From contig JAVHOF010000087.1 in NCBI GenBank assembly GCA_036169915.1, positions 1-43,809 of the forward strand: a stretch of 43,809 nt of DNA, written 5' to 3'. Both the position numbers and the translations under genes were made by a program. Position 1 is the stretch's first letter; every line of letters begins with the position of its first letter. The stretch comes from Candidatus Pacearchaeota archaeon. Its GTDB lineage: Archaea > Nanobdellota > Nanobdellia > Pacearchaeales > GW2011-AR1. Below, in pieces: positions 17,114 to 26,224 of the stretch. Below the pieces are notes generated by a model. It made no database searches. It worked only from the letters and a program-made list of their open reading frames with translations, and was not told the origin of the DNA.

Positions 17114-18355
17114 TTACAAAAAATATTCATTGAGTTTATCCACTGTCCATAATCTTGGGTGTAGGTACCATAGCATTCGCTCATGGTTCCATGGTTCATG
17201 TTCCATATTTGTCCATCCATCTTCAGTGAAACGATGAATTGTAAAACCGAATTCCCTGCAAATCGACATTGTATTACCATCAAATTTATTGAACGGCGGA
17301 ACGAAAATCTTGCTTCTTGTAAGTGACGCCCCGGCGATAATCGACATCTCCTGTTCGCGTCTGGAAAGGAACCTGTGATCCACATGGAATAATCCATGGT
17401 TGGCTCTAACAACAAAGTTTGGAACCAATTCATCGGAAACCATTCCCATTTTTTCAACAGCAAAGAAATTACGAACATCCGATTGTGCATTGAATATTGA
17501 TGGGAACGTCCGCTGCCGTTCGGATTTGTTTTCGTTTTCAAGATTGAAAACAAGCGGACTCATTGCATACTGGATTTCCGCATAAGGAAAACGCTCTCTA
17601 ATGCAGTTGGCCAAGGCGTTGCAGTTTTCCATATCGGTGTTTGTACAGATGTCATCGAATCGGAAAATCTTTTTTTCGCGTGGGTCAATCGTTTCGTGTT
17701 TTCTTACGGTGTAATGGTAAAGTGGTTCATCAATGAAATGCATTTTGTGACCGGCATAAACAATCTGTTTCCACATCCCATGATCCTCGATTCCATCAGC
17801 ATCTTTTGTTTCATTGTATTGGAATGTTTTTGCAACATCGGTTTTGAACATAACCGTGCACCCCGGGATTGGATTCTCATCAATGAGTTTCATGTAAGTC
17901 AGGTTATCGACCTTCATTGCAGTATCCAAATCAACCGCATTGTCATTGCCAACCTGAAACATGTTTGTTGCAACGTAATTGCATTCCGGATGATCAAGCA
18001 TGTATTTCACCTGCTTCTCGATCTTTGTCGGCTCCATCATGTCATCAGCATCAAGCCAACATGCAAGTTCCGTATTGCATGAAGTTACAAGCTGATTTCT
18101 TGCCGCGCCGCGCATGATATGGTTTCGGAGTATAATGTGTTTTATTTTTCCAGCGTAATTTGTATTCTGCATTTCAATTACAAACTGCCCCGTTCCATCA
18201 GTGCTGCCATCATCCAAAACATTGATGTAGATATTTGGATATGTTTGGTTTGCTGCCGAATCAATTGCACGTTTAATCGTTGCGATTGCATTTCGTGCCG
18301 GAATCAGTATTGTTACGCATGGCGCTACCGCCCCATCTGTATTTTCTTCGTTCAT
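17114..18355 (-). CDS. GT2 glycosyltransferase fused to a polysaccharide-deacetylase-like (DUF2334/NodB-like) domain
   Basis: ILIPARN, DDGSTD, ARN, LDADD and ED motifs; C-domain with FRFDD, NHGLFH and FVPPFN. Confidence 0.85.
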   Translation of the reverse strand: MNEENTDGAVAPCVTILIPARNAIATIKRAIDSAANQTYPNIYINVLDDGSTDGTGQFVIEMQNTNYAGKIKHIILRNHIMRGAARNQLVTSCNTELACWLDADDMMEPTKIEKQVKYMLDHPECNYVATNMFQVGNDNAVDLDTAMKVDNLTYMKLIDENPIPGCTVMFKTDVAKTFQYNETKDADGIEDHGMWKQIVYAGHKMHFIDEPLYHYTVRKHETIDPREKKIFRFDDICTNTDMENCNALANCIRERFPYAEIQYAMSPLVFNLENENKSERQRTFPSIFNAQSDVRNFFAVEKMGMVSDELVPNFVVRANHGLFHVDHRFLSRREQEMSIIAGASLTRSKIFVPPFNKFDGNTMSICREFGFTIHRFTEDGWTNMEHEPWNHERMLWYLHPRLWTVDKLNEYFL

Positions 18356-18366
18356 TTTTTTGAATA

Positions 18367-18570
18367 TTAATTCGATCGCTTGAAATATAATTCTACAAGC
18401 TGACAGATTTTTTGAATCTCGTGTATATCCTTATCAGGTACATTGACTTGAATTGTAGAAGTGGATTTTGTGAATGGGAAGATTTTAAAATCAGTGAACC
18501 CTTTTGCAGTGAGTTCTTTCTTGAACCTATCCAGCTTGTAATTATCCACAACTATCCCGGCTTTTTTCAT
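18367..18570 (-). CDS. Hypothetical protein
   Basis: 67 aa; its ATG overlaps the TGA of the orphan fragment at 18567. Confidence 0.7.
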   Translation of the reverse strand: MKKAGIVVDNYKLDRFKKELTAKGFTDFKIFPFTKSTSTIQVNVPDKDIHEIQKICQLVELYFKRSN

Positions 18571-18671
18571 GACCCAACAGTTTCGTTTGTTCCATCCCAG
18601 ATGAATTCACTCACTGGCAAATGTTTGTTGCAGTGAACACAAAAAGTGGCACCATAGAACTTCGGGTCTCT
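18567..18671 (-). pseudogene. Displaced 3' end (34 codons) of the 19219-19725 gene
   Basis: Translates RDPKFYGATFCVHCNKHLPVSEFIWDGTNETVGS*, colinear with RDNTFYSSTFCVHCNEHFPLNEFIWDGTNIIVGA*. Confidence 0.9.
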
Positions 18672-19206
18672 ATTCAACTTTAACATATTGAGAAATTCTT
18701 GGTTTATATCCTTTCATTCTACCAGCATTACATGAGTTACATGATGGAACTAAATTAGTCACATCATTGTTGTGTCTATTGTGATCTAAATGGTCGACAC
18801 ATAATTTTTCATGTTCAACTCCATGCCAATCTAATGGTATGCTACACCAAAAACATGGAAGTTTTGACCCATTTACAAAATCATATAATACCTTTCTATG
18901 TAAAAGAACTCTACCATTTTTAAATGCTAAGGGATGATTTCTATCTGTTATTAAACGGTATCTTTTTGGGTTTAACGTTTTTAATTCGCCAGTTAAGCTA
19001 TGACCGTTTTTAGCTCTTTTATAATGCATTTGACAATATCCATGGGCTTTATATTTTTTATCACAACCTTTTACTAAGCAATTTTTCTTTATATGAAATA
19101 AATTTATTGAAGGGTCGTCATGAGTTTTAAGTCTAACATAATGCATTTGACATAAACCTCTTGCCTCGTGTTTTTTATTACATCCTTCTATTGAACAAAT
19201 TTTCAT
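18670..19206 (-). CDS. Free-standing HNH homing endonuclease
   Basis: Two C-x-x-x-GC...G.C.MHY repeats, then CFWC...VDHLDHNRHNN...NLVPSCNSCN. Confidence 0.9.
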   Translation of the reverse strand: MKICSIEGCNKKHEARGLCQMHYVRLKTHDDPSINLFHIKKNCLVKGCDKKYKAHGYCQMHYKRAKNGHSLTGELKTLNPKRYRLITDRNHPLAFKNGRVLLHRKVLYDFVNGSKLPCFWCSIPLDWHGVEHEKLCVDHLDHNRHNNDVTNLVPSCNSCNAGRMKGYKPRISQYVKVE

Positions 19207-19218
19207 ATTAAATAAATA

Positions 19219-19725
19219 TTATGCGCCAACAATTATATTAGTTCCGTCCCAAATAAATTCATTTAATGGAAAATGCTCATTACAATGAACACAAAAAGTA
19301 GAACTATAAAACGTATTATCTCTTGCATAGGTTTCAGCAAGTGCTTGTGCCATTTTTGTTAAACCATTGCATCCGCCAACATGATCCTTGCCGTTTTGAA
19401 ATGCATCAAATTCTTTCTGTCTTAAAAATGTACCAATAGCAGAGTTTTCGCTTTCCGAATATTTTAAAAATCCACCCCATCCATTTTCTTTGGTGTATTC
19501 ATTTTTTGCAGAATCAGACATATTTTCCAATGCTTCTTCGAGTGATTGAAGCATTCCTTTTCTTTCAATCCTTTTCCCAATATGAATGTAGGAATCACGG
19601 AATGGGCGGACAAATCCTTTTGCCCTTTCTTCTTCTGAAAGAACCAGATAGATTTTGTGTTGGCCAACCGAATTGGCTTGGCCTTCTTTTAATTTTGGGT
19701 CGGTTGGGTCGGTGGTTAGGCTCAT
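19219..19725 (-). CDS. Conserved phage protein with C-terminal CxxCxxH; target of the HNH insertion
   Basis: LTTDPTDP...YLVLSEEERAKGFVRP.R.SY.H...AETYAR; start moved to MSLTT. Confidence 0.8.
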   Translation of the reverse strand: MSLTTDPTDPKLKEGQANSVGQHKIYLVLSEEERAKGFVRPFRDSYIHIGKRIERKGMLQSLEEALENMSDSAKNEYTKENGWGGFLKYSESENSAIGTFLRQKEFDAFQNGKDHVGGCNGLTKMAQALAETYARDNTFYSSTFCVHCNEHFPLNEFIWDGTNIIVGA

Positions 19726-19729
19726 TTTT

Positions 19730-20035
19730 TTATCTTTTAATTTTTCGATACATAACTTTGCAATTTGCATCAGGCGCCATCATCTTTTGAAAATCCTCGT
19801 CCGAAAAAACATTCCCAAAAATAGGAAGACAAGCCTCCTTGATTTCCTCGATGGACTTTGGAACAAACCATTCCCATTCCGGTTTTAATGTTTGGTCAAC
19901 CTGATAATTATTGCTCCAAGCCAGCTCCTTGCATATCGGACAAAGAATGCTTGCAGGGGTAACTTCTCTTGGTTCACAATCAAGGGTTATTATCCCGTGT
20001 AATTTCGCGCAGATATATGTGTTGATGAAACTCAT
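19730..20035 (-). CDS. Hypothetical Cys-containing protein
   Basis: Start at MSFINTY (ATGA overlap); CPIC and EWEWFVP. Confidence 0.65.
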   Translation of the reverse strand: MSFINTYICAKLHGIITLDCEPREVTPASILCPICKELAWSNNYQVDQTLKPEWEWFVPKSIEEIKEACLPIFGNVFSDEDFQKMMAPDANCKVMYRKIKR

Positions 20036-20211
20036 TCTGTTTCTCCCTTGGTGATTGTTGCGACATAAGCAAAGCCTTCGCAATATATTCCGTTAGACAA
20101 GACAAAAGTGCGCGAACCCCAGACAATCGCATCAGGCATAATTATGAATGCTGGAATTATTACAGTTGTCACATATCCGCCATCTCTTGTATATAATTTT
20201 ACTTCTTGCAT
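20032..20211 (-). CDS. Small hypothetical protein (59 aa)
   Basis: Manual translation MQEVKLYTRDGGYVTTVIIPAF..PDAIVWGSRTFV...KGETE*. Confidence 0.65.
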   Translation of the reverse strand: MQEVKLYTRDGGYVTTVIIPAFIIMPDAIVWGSRTFVLSNGIYCEGFAYVATITKGETE

Positions 20212-20214
20212 TTT

Positions 20215-20491
20215 TCAGCTTTTAAAAACATCAACGAACACTTTAACAACTTTTGCTTTTTTGCATTCAACAACAGTGGTGAATTGTTTTAGGTTTCCGC
20301 CTTTTTCAGTGCGACCGTTAAATGCCTTTTGCGCATCGACTCTTTTTCTGAACAAAGTTGGTGGTGGAACAGGTGCAAATTTCTTATCGGGTGCAGCAAA
20401 GTAGAAATGTTTTTTTTTCTTGCCAGCAAAGGAATTTTTCCCCTTCTGTTGTTATTGCTTCAATTGCGTAGAATTGATTTTGAGTTTTCAT
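20215..20491 (-). pseudogene. Gene frameshifted (+1) at an A9 tract
   Basis: MKTQNQFYAIE...WQEKK joins HFYFAAPDKK...VFKS* if the A9 at 20410-20418 is read as A8. Confidence 0.6.
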
Positions 20492-20519
20492 GGTTTTGTT
20501 TTTGGTGATTGGTTTTAAA

Positions 20520-21188
20520 TTATTGTTTTGTTGCCGTTTGTAAATCGTATTGCGCCTTGGCGATTATCCTGTGCTGTGGGTTCAATGGCGTATCATCAAT
20601 TGACATTTGTTCTCCTATGAACGAGTAATCATCATTTGGGGGCATCAAAAGCATATTGCTCCTGTAAATGTCGTTCATTACAATCGGATAAATGCTGGTT
20701 GTTAAAAACTCTTGATCATTTTGGTATTCCAATTGTAAATCCCATTTTTTCAATAGAGGAATGAACTCAGGGCAAATGCCTTTTCTCATTCCGAACAATC
20801 CACCCAAGATCGGTACCGTAAAATGATATGGGTGCGCATGTATCGTATGCATCCCCTTTCCGCTTTCAATCCATTTGTCAACCTCTTTTTTTTCCTGCAA
20901 CGTTGGCCTGCAATCCGCATCACGGAAAATCGTGTAGTCGTAAGCATTTTCCTCAATTGCATAATATCTCCAGAACAATCCAGCCCATGAATTCGATTCC
21001 GGCATATCAACAACATTGCATCCCACCTGAATTAGTTTTTCGCGTATTCCATTCCTGATATCCGAAGCCGCATAAACACGAACATCCCAATCAGGGAATA
21101 TTTCCCTTGCCTGTTCAGCAAAGCGAACACATCCTATGTTGTAAGTCGGATTGTTACCCCAGAGTGAAAGGGAGATCAGTTTTTTCAT
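20520..21188 (-). CDS. Putative GT-A-like protein
   Basis: ISLSLWG..P.Y..G, FWRY, IFRDADCR, H.H..H...ILGGLFG, DQ.FL...IYP motifs. Confidence 0.6.
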   Translation of the reverse strand: MKKLISLSLWGNNPTYNIGCVRFAEQAREIFPDWDVRVYAASDIRNGIREKLIQVGCNVVDMPESNSWAGLFWRYYAIEENAYDYTIFRDADCRPTLQEKKEVDKWIESGKGMHTIHAHPYHFTVPILGGLFGMRKGICPEFIPLLKKWDLQLEYQNDQEFLTTSIYPIVMNDIYRSNMLLMPPNDDYSFIGEQMSIDDTPLNPQHRIIAKAQYDLQTATKQ

Positions 21189-21508
21189 TTTCCCATATAA
21201 TCTTCAGGAGACCTATCACAGTAAACGGCTATTGTCGTTATCCCATCTTTTCCAACAGACATCTCAAAAGTGTTTTTCCCTTTGTCAAATGTAGTTGAAA
21301 CAAATTTGCGCTCCGCTTTGTCAAAGAATTTAATGTCAAAGATTTCAGGATATCCAACAGCGATGAATTTTTCACATAGGTTATCATAATTCAAATTACC
21401 GGTCTGCATTGTAATCGAAGTTCCATTTGGTGCTTTTGCCCATAATTTACATAGCAATGAAATCTGATTTGATATGCCACAAAACTGCAATATAAAAGGA
21501 TTTTTCAT
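21185..21508 (-). CDS. Hypothetical protein
   Basis: Tiled ORF. Confidence 0.6.
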   Translation of the reverse strand: MKNPFILQFCGISNQISLLCKLWAKAPNGTSITMQTGNLNYDNLCEKFIAVGYPEIFDIKFFDKAERKFVSTTFDKGKNTFEMSVGKDGITTIAVYCDRSPEDYMGK

Positions 21509-21781
21509 TTAGTAGGCGAGTAAAAACGCGGCACAATATTCCTTTTCAAAAATCACCCTATAATTATCATTAATTACTGCCTTGAACAAGGACTCCTTAC
21601 CACGAAATATGGGTGATTCTTTTCCATCAGCTATTCTTTTTGCCATCCTTTTTGCGGCAGTTAATGTGTCAAATTGTTTTCCAAATTGAATGTAGCTGCC
21701 GAACTGGGAAACGGCAAACACCTTGTATTTGTTTTTTCCAAATGCCAGTAAAGAATTTCTCATTTTTGTTGCTCCTTCCAT
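21509..21781 (-). CDS. Hypothetical protein
   Basis: Tiled ORF. Confidence 0.6.
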   Translation of the reverse strand: MEGATKMRNSLLAFGKNKYKVFAVSQFGSYIQFGKQFDTLTAAKRMAKRIADGKESPIFRGKESLFKAVINDNYRVIFEKEYCAAFLLAY

Positions 21782-22572
21782 TTTTCAAATGAATCCTTTG
21801 CTCGCTGTGCGGCTTTTGCTTTTAAAATTTCAATCTCAACAAGTTCGTTTTTCAACCGAATAAACGCTCCCAACGGATTCTTTTGCAAACCAAAATTAAT
21901 GCTTTTACGCCTGTCAAAAGTACCCTTGTCTTCCGGTGCATCCAACTTTGCTTTCTTCAACAAGTCATCTTCTTCGGTGTTCAACCAAAAAGAATGTTGG
22001 TGAAGGAAAAGTGTTATCGGCCTGTATTTGTATTTGCCAAGTATTTTTGATACTTGGGTCAATTCATCATCACAGAAAAACTGTTTGTATGCAGGATTAT
22101 ACAAATAACCGAATCGCATGAAATAAGTGAAGCCCAGTATCGTTAAGGTCACCAGCTCCTCGTTTTTATAGCCATCAGGATAATGCATTACGCCGTCAAG
22201 ATCAGGAAAGAATTCATTGAAATCATTTCTGATCTGCGTGTCCCACCCCAATCCACTTGCTTTTGCTTCTTTTGAAAGAAATCGCATGTCATCAGAAGTC
22301 TGAACACAAATGTCCCATGGTGGCGCCAGCTCCATATCGCGGTTGATTGCATCAATCTTGCTTTTGCTTTTACCGGAAACAACTTGGATGCTGCTTGGAA
22401 ATTTTGCTTTCAACGCCCATTGCATTGTTTCATCATCTTCATCAATTGTAATCAGGAAATGGATGTTTGACAAATCATCGGCTGTCTCCTGTAGATTAAG
22501 GAGACAATCACGGAATTTTTGTGGCCGTGATCTTGTCGGGAATTTTACCAGAATCTTGTATGGAGTATTCAT
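21760..22572 (-). CDS. GT-A fold (GT2-like) glycosyltransferase
   Basis: VKFPTRSRP, IDEDD, KIDAIN, SDDM, FFCDDE, HQH; start moved to MNTPYK. Confidence 0.75.
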   Translation of the reverse strand: MNTPYKILVKFPTRSRPQKFRDCLLNLQETADDLSNIHFLITIDEDDETMQWALKAKFPSSIQVVSGKSKSKIDAINRDMELAPPWDICVQTSDDMRFLSKEAKASGLGWDTQIRNDFNEFFPDLDGVMHYPDGYKNEELVTLTILGFTYFMRFGYLYNPAYKQFFCDDELTQVSKILGKYKYRPITLFLHQHSFWLNTEEDDLLKKAKLDAPEDKGTFDRRKSINFGLQKNPLGAFIRLKNELVEIEILKAKAAQRAKDSFEKWKEQQK

Positions 22573-22573
22573 T

Positions 22574-22816
22574 TTACAGATCAGAAAATTTACATCCATT
22601 TTTTTCTTGCCATTCTTCCATTCGAAGAGCATGTTGTTCCGCAAGCATGATGTTTTTGATGTCAGCTTTTGGGTTCATTCGTTGTGCGCTTGCCCATTGA
22701 CGTACAATCGATGGAGCAGTAATGTCTTTTGCGCGAAGCAGGAAAACCGGTTCGTCTTCTGCAATTTTGTTTTCTGGGTCTTGGATTCTGTTGTAATCGT
22801 CTCTTGCGTGAATCAT
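22574..22816 (-). CDS. Conserved phage hypothetical protein
   Basis: DEPVFLLRAKD..AP..V..W motif. Confidence 0.75.
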   Translation of the reverse strand: MIHARDDYNRIQDPENKIAEDEPVFLLRAKDITAPSIVRQWASAQRMNPKADIKNIMLAEQHALRMEEWQEKNGCKFSDL

Positions 22817-22835
22817 TTTTTTTAAATTATATGCG

Positions 22836-23162
22836 TTATTCCTTATTGATTATTTCCCATTTGTAGATAGAGTTCTTTGTCTTAAATGTGTTCTCTGAAA
22901 GAATTTCCTGTACGACACTTGTATGCGCATGATTTTTTGCAGTAGGGAAATCGACATAAAATGATTGTCCTACCGCAACTGGGCGTAACATCAATCCTTC
23001 AAAAATTGCACCCGCTTTTATATGACGAGGATGACCTGCCGGGTATTTTGCATTTTCCGCGTTATCAAGTTTTGTCAATCTAACGATGGGGAAATTATCA
23101 CCCTTTTTACTGGTGAATGCAGCAAACACCGACAGTACTGATTTAGTTCCATCTAAATTCAT
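22836..23162 (-). CDS. Hypothetical protein
   Basis: TS.V.EI....FKTKNSIY motif, typical of phage ORFs. Confidence 0.65.
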   Translation of the reverse strand: MNLDGTKSVLSVFAAFTSKKGDNFPIVRLTKLDNAENAKYPAGHPRHIKAGAIFEGLMLRPVAVGQSFYVDFPTAKNHAHTSVVQEILSENTFKTKNSIYKWEIINKE

Positions 23163-23169
23163 AGTTACG

Positions 23170-24030
23170 TTAGATTAAAATCCATTCATCACGGTAAAGG
23201 TCATCGACATTCCATTGTGAATAGGCGACACCGTACCATTTGTCTTTTGTTGGCGCAATGATTATTTTATTCTTGTTTTCACACAGAAACGAACTCCACC
23301 ACGAAAATGTTGAGTTGGAAACAATATGACTTGAGCACAACGTCATGAGAAACATATCCTGTGGCTGATCATTACCTTCTGCAAAAATAATTCGATCCTT
23401 GAATATCGGCACATCAGAAAATTCCTTTTTACACCATTTCAAATCATCCGAGCACACAACAAATTTTATTTTCGCTTTCTGTTTTTCATCCAACATTGAA
23501 ATTATCCTTTCCGCGCCAGCAACATAATATTCCACCGGCAATACAGGATGGTTGTTTGGATGTTTCAGGTAATCACCCCTGCGAACGTGAATGGAAATCA
23601 GGTATGGGTCATCCGCTTTCGGATGTAGGATTGTTGAATATTTTTCCTCAATGTATTTTCTTGTGGCATCATTGAAGGTGAAAATCTTGCGGATCAAATC
23701 CTCGTATTGCGCCCAGTATTTTTTGGTTTGGTAATATCCGAGAAGGTTATAGTTTTTTGTCTTGTCCTCAAAAACAACCGGATCATAATGGTAATTCCTT
23801 TCGGTATAATCAGTTGTAGGTAGAGAGTTCAATCCTTCCTGTTGTGGTATTCCGCCTTCAACAAACGCATCAAAATAATTTTTTGTCCATTCCGATCGCG
23901 GGAATACATAGCCCATTCCATTGCTTATTGCAATGCCGATTGTTGCAGCTGTTTGGAAAAGCACATTTCCATGCCAACCAGTGTACCCTGCAATTTTTTC
24001 ATAGACCACAACACCATTCTTATTTTCCAT
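23170..24030 (-). CDS. GT11 alpha-1,2-fucosyl/colitosyltransferase-like
   Basis: GNVLFQ, GYYQ, SIHVRRGDY, SDD, SNSTFSWW. Confidence 0.92.
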   Translation of the reverse strand: MENKNGVVVYEKIAGYTGWHGNVLFQTAATIGIAISNGMGYVFPRSEWTKNYFDAFVEGGIPQQEGLNSLPTTDYTERNYHYDPVVFEDKTKNYNLLGYYQTKKYWAQYEDLIRKIFTFNDATRKYIEEKYSTILHPKADDPYLISIHVRRGDYLKHPNNHPVLPVEYYVAGAERIISMLDEKQKAKIKFVVCSDDLKWCKKEFSDVPIFKDRIIFAEGNDQPQDMFLMTLCSSHIVSNSTFSWWSSFLCENKNKIIIAPTKDKWYGVAYSQWNVDDLYRDEWILI

Positions 24031-24031
24031 T

Positions 24032-24562
24032 TTAAATTTTGTTTGTATCGTTTACATTACACCATTTTTCATAAGGATTGTACGACCAATGAACATCTGC
24101 CAATTTTTCCTGAAGATAAGAAACGTACCGAAGCAATCTATTGTATTCTTCAACCGCAATGGCGGATTGCTTGATGACCGAAGTCAGCCAGATTTCAATT
24201 TCAGAAACATTGTCATCACTTTGACTGAATTCAAAAACATCACCCGCCTTAAATTCAAGTTCATAATTATTGAAATAGCATGCCGCACCTTCTTCAAGCA
24301 TAAAAGGATTGACAATGAATTTCTCAGCAAGGATGATCTTGTCTCCGATTTTCAGTTCACATAAATGCGGACTCTTTGGGTTTTTCAATTTCAATTTCAC
24401 CAACCCAATGGTTCCCCCAACAGGAAAAGTGTCGGATATTTTTTTGCCTGTAAGAAATTTGAAACACGCACTTTGATTTTCAACAATAAGTTCCATAAAA
24501 AGAATTATTTCACGTTCCAGTATCCAAAACATTTTCTCATTTCGTTCAGCCGATCCTCGCAA
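24032..24562 (-). CDS. Hypothetical protein
   Basis: Tiled ORF; the true start is probably downstream. Confidence 0.6.
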   Translation of the reverse strand: MRGSAERNEKMFWILEREIILFMELIVENQSACFKFLTGKKISDTFPVGGTIGLVKLKLKNPKSPHLCELKIGDKIILAEKFIVNPFMLEEGAACYFNNYELEFKAGDVFEFSQSDDNVSEIEIWLTSVIKQSAIAVEEYNRLLRYVSYLQEKLADVHWSYNPYEKWCNVNDTNKI

Positions 24563-24882
24563 AGTATTCGCATATGCATGCTTTTCGAATGGATCGCAAG
24601 ATATGCCAGTCCGCCAACAGTTGTTGCATTCGCTTTCTTGATTTCCGATTTTGTTTTTGGAATCGAAAAATCAGCAATCAATTCTTCCTGTGCCCTTTCA
24701 TCATCACAAGCCATTCGCATAACCTCGTCGGCATATTTTGCAAGAGCCTTCGTTGGCTTTTTCAGCATGGATGGAAACATCTTGTTCAATTCGTTAATAT
24801 CGTGATGCAAGCCGTTGCTTGTGAGTGTTACGGTTTGAAAAATTTCCGTCAATCGCGATTTCCTTGGAATATCCATACTCAT
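24505..24882 (-). CDS. Hypothetical protein
   Basis: Tiled ORF. Confidence 0.6.
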   Translation of the reverse strand: MSMDIPRKSRLTEIFQTVTLTSNGLHHDINELNKMFPSMLKKPTKALAKYADEVMRMACDDERAQEELIADFSIPKTKSEIKKANATTVGGLAYLAIHSKSMHMRILCEDRLNEMRKCFGYWNVK

Positions 24883-24896
24883 GAGAATCGTTTTTG

Positions 24897-25784
24897 TTAC
24901 TCTCTTAAATGCACATAGTTTGTATTCTTATCCAGAATGTCGGAAAAACTTTCGCGCTGGAAAGCAATATGCGGTCTGAAGCAATATGAATGGAATTTCG
25001 AATGCAGCGATCCGATATTGATATCCACTTTTTCTTTCTGCTGCAACACATCGATCATCGCATCATAAACAGATTCCCTGATGGCATACGCATGTGTTGT
25101 GTATGTGTAGAATATCTTTGCAATGTTTGAATCATTCGACAACAATTGCAATCCGCCTTTCGAATGATTTCCGCCAAAGTACAGGAAATCCCAATCATCA
25201 GGAACCTGTGAAAAATAATCAGGAAATATTGCATTGAAGTTTTCCGCAAATTCAACATCATCTTCAAGAATAAGAATTTGTTTCAATCCACGCTCTTTTG
25301 CCAGCTGGACTATTTTCAAGTGCGAAAGTGTGCAGCCCATGTCGCCATTGCTTACCGGCAATGTGTCCTGTGATGTTGCCTGTGGATCAGGAAGTGTTTT
25401 GCCGTCAATGCCGGTTATGAATTCAACTTGGATATTGTGTTTCGCGAATTCCGCTTCAGCTTGGATTTTACGGTCTGGCCTCCGTTCAAGATTCAAGCAG
25501 AAAATAGCATCGAAGTATTTGTTCAGCAACAGTTTTTCCTTTGGTTCCTTGAAGATTCTTTCGTATTCCACATCTGACTTAGCACAACTATTGCAAGTAA
25601 CCATGCTTGTTTGATGTGAAATATAATCTCCAAAAGTTCCACTGAACATTGCATCAAAATGATGTTTTGGATTTGTGTCTCCACATACTTTGCAATGAAA
25701 CGGATTATAAGAATCGATTTTCTTTTGAATCTCCTCTTTTTCCAGATACAGTTTTTTTAATTCAACAAGATTTACGAATCGCAT
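24897..25784 (-). CDS. GT25 glycosyltransferase with an N-terminal CxxC/CxxC extension
   Basis: LNLERRPDR, IDG, GCTLSH, ILEDD, THAYAI. Confidence 0.9.
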   Translation of the reverse strand: MRFVNLVELKKLYLEKEEIQKKIDSYNPFHCKVCGDTNPKHHFDAMFSGTFGDYISHQTSMVTCNSCAKSDVEYERIFKEPKEKLLLNKYFDAIFCLNLERRPDRKIQAEAEFAKHNIQVEFITGIDGKTLPDPQATSQDTLPVSNGDMGCTLSHLKIVQLAKERGLKQILILEDDVEFAENFNAIFPDYFSQVPDDWDFLYFGGNHSKGGLQLLSNDSNIAKIFYTYTTHAYAIRESVYDAMIDVLQQKEKVDINIGSLHSKFHSYCFRPHIAFQRESFSDILDKNTNYVHLRE

Positions 25785-25787
25785 GGC

Positions 25788-26213
25788 TTACTTGTTGGTT
25801 ATTGGTGCTGTTTTACCTGTCGTATTCAATCTCGATGCCTCCATTATGGGCATATTGGCTTCCGTCGGAACGTAGATTGTATTGGCCTTTTGGATATTGT
25901 CAATCCAAAGCCATTGCAGGTATTCAGGATTGTTTTTGAGTGATGTTCCGATAATCTTGTTTGAAGATGCGATGCCATGCGCCCTGATGGTGTCAGCCTG
26001 TGCCTCATAAATTGCACTTTCCATTTTAGCTTTTGCTTCTGATACGGCAACCTCTTTCGATGATTGTGCATGAGCCAACAGCGCCTCACCCTCCAATCTT
26101 GAAGAGTAAACATTATAGTTGGGACAGCCCCACATGAATGCGACTATTAACACTATTAACAGCCAAGCGATCCTTACGGCTGATTTGATGATGTTTGTTG
26201 TTTCTGTGTTCAT
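25788..26213 (-). CDS. Membrane protein, phage SPFH/band-7-related
   Basis: TM, then an Ala-rich coil, then YLQWLWI...IYVPTEANMPIMEA. Confidence 0.6.
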   Translation of the reverse strand: MNTETTNIIKSAVRIAWLLIVLIVAFMWGCPNYNVYSSRLEGEALLAHAQSSKEVAVSEAKAKMESAIYEAQADTIRAHGIASSNKIIGTSLKNNPEYLQWLWIDNIQKANTIYVPTEANMPIMEASRLNTTGKTAPITNK

Positions 26214-26224
26214 TGGAATTTGTT

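Noticed and set aside
18672-19323. Group I intron interpretation of the HNH insertion
   Set aside because: The insert is almost wholly coding (replacement tail, 12-nt gap, HNH ORF), leaving no space for a ribozyme core.
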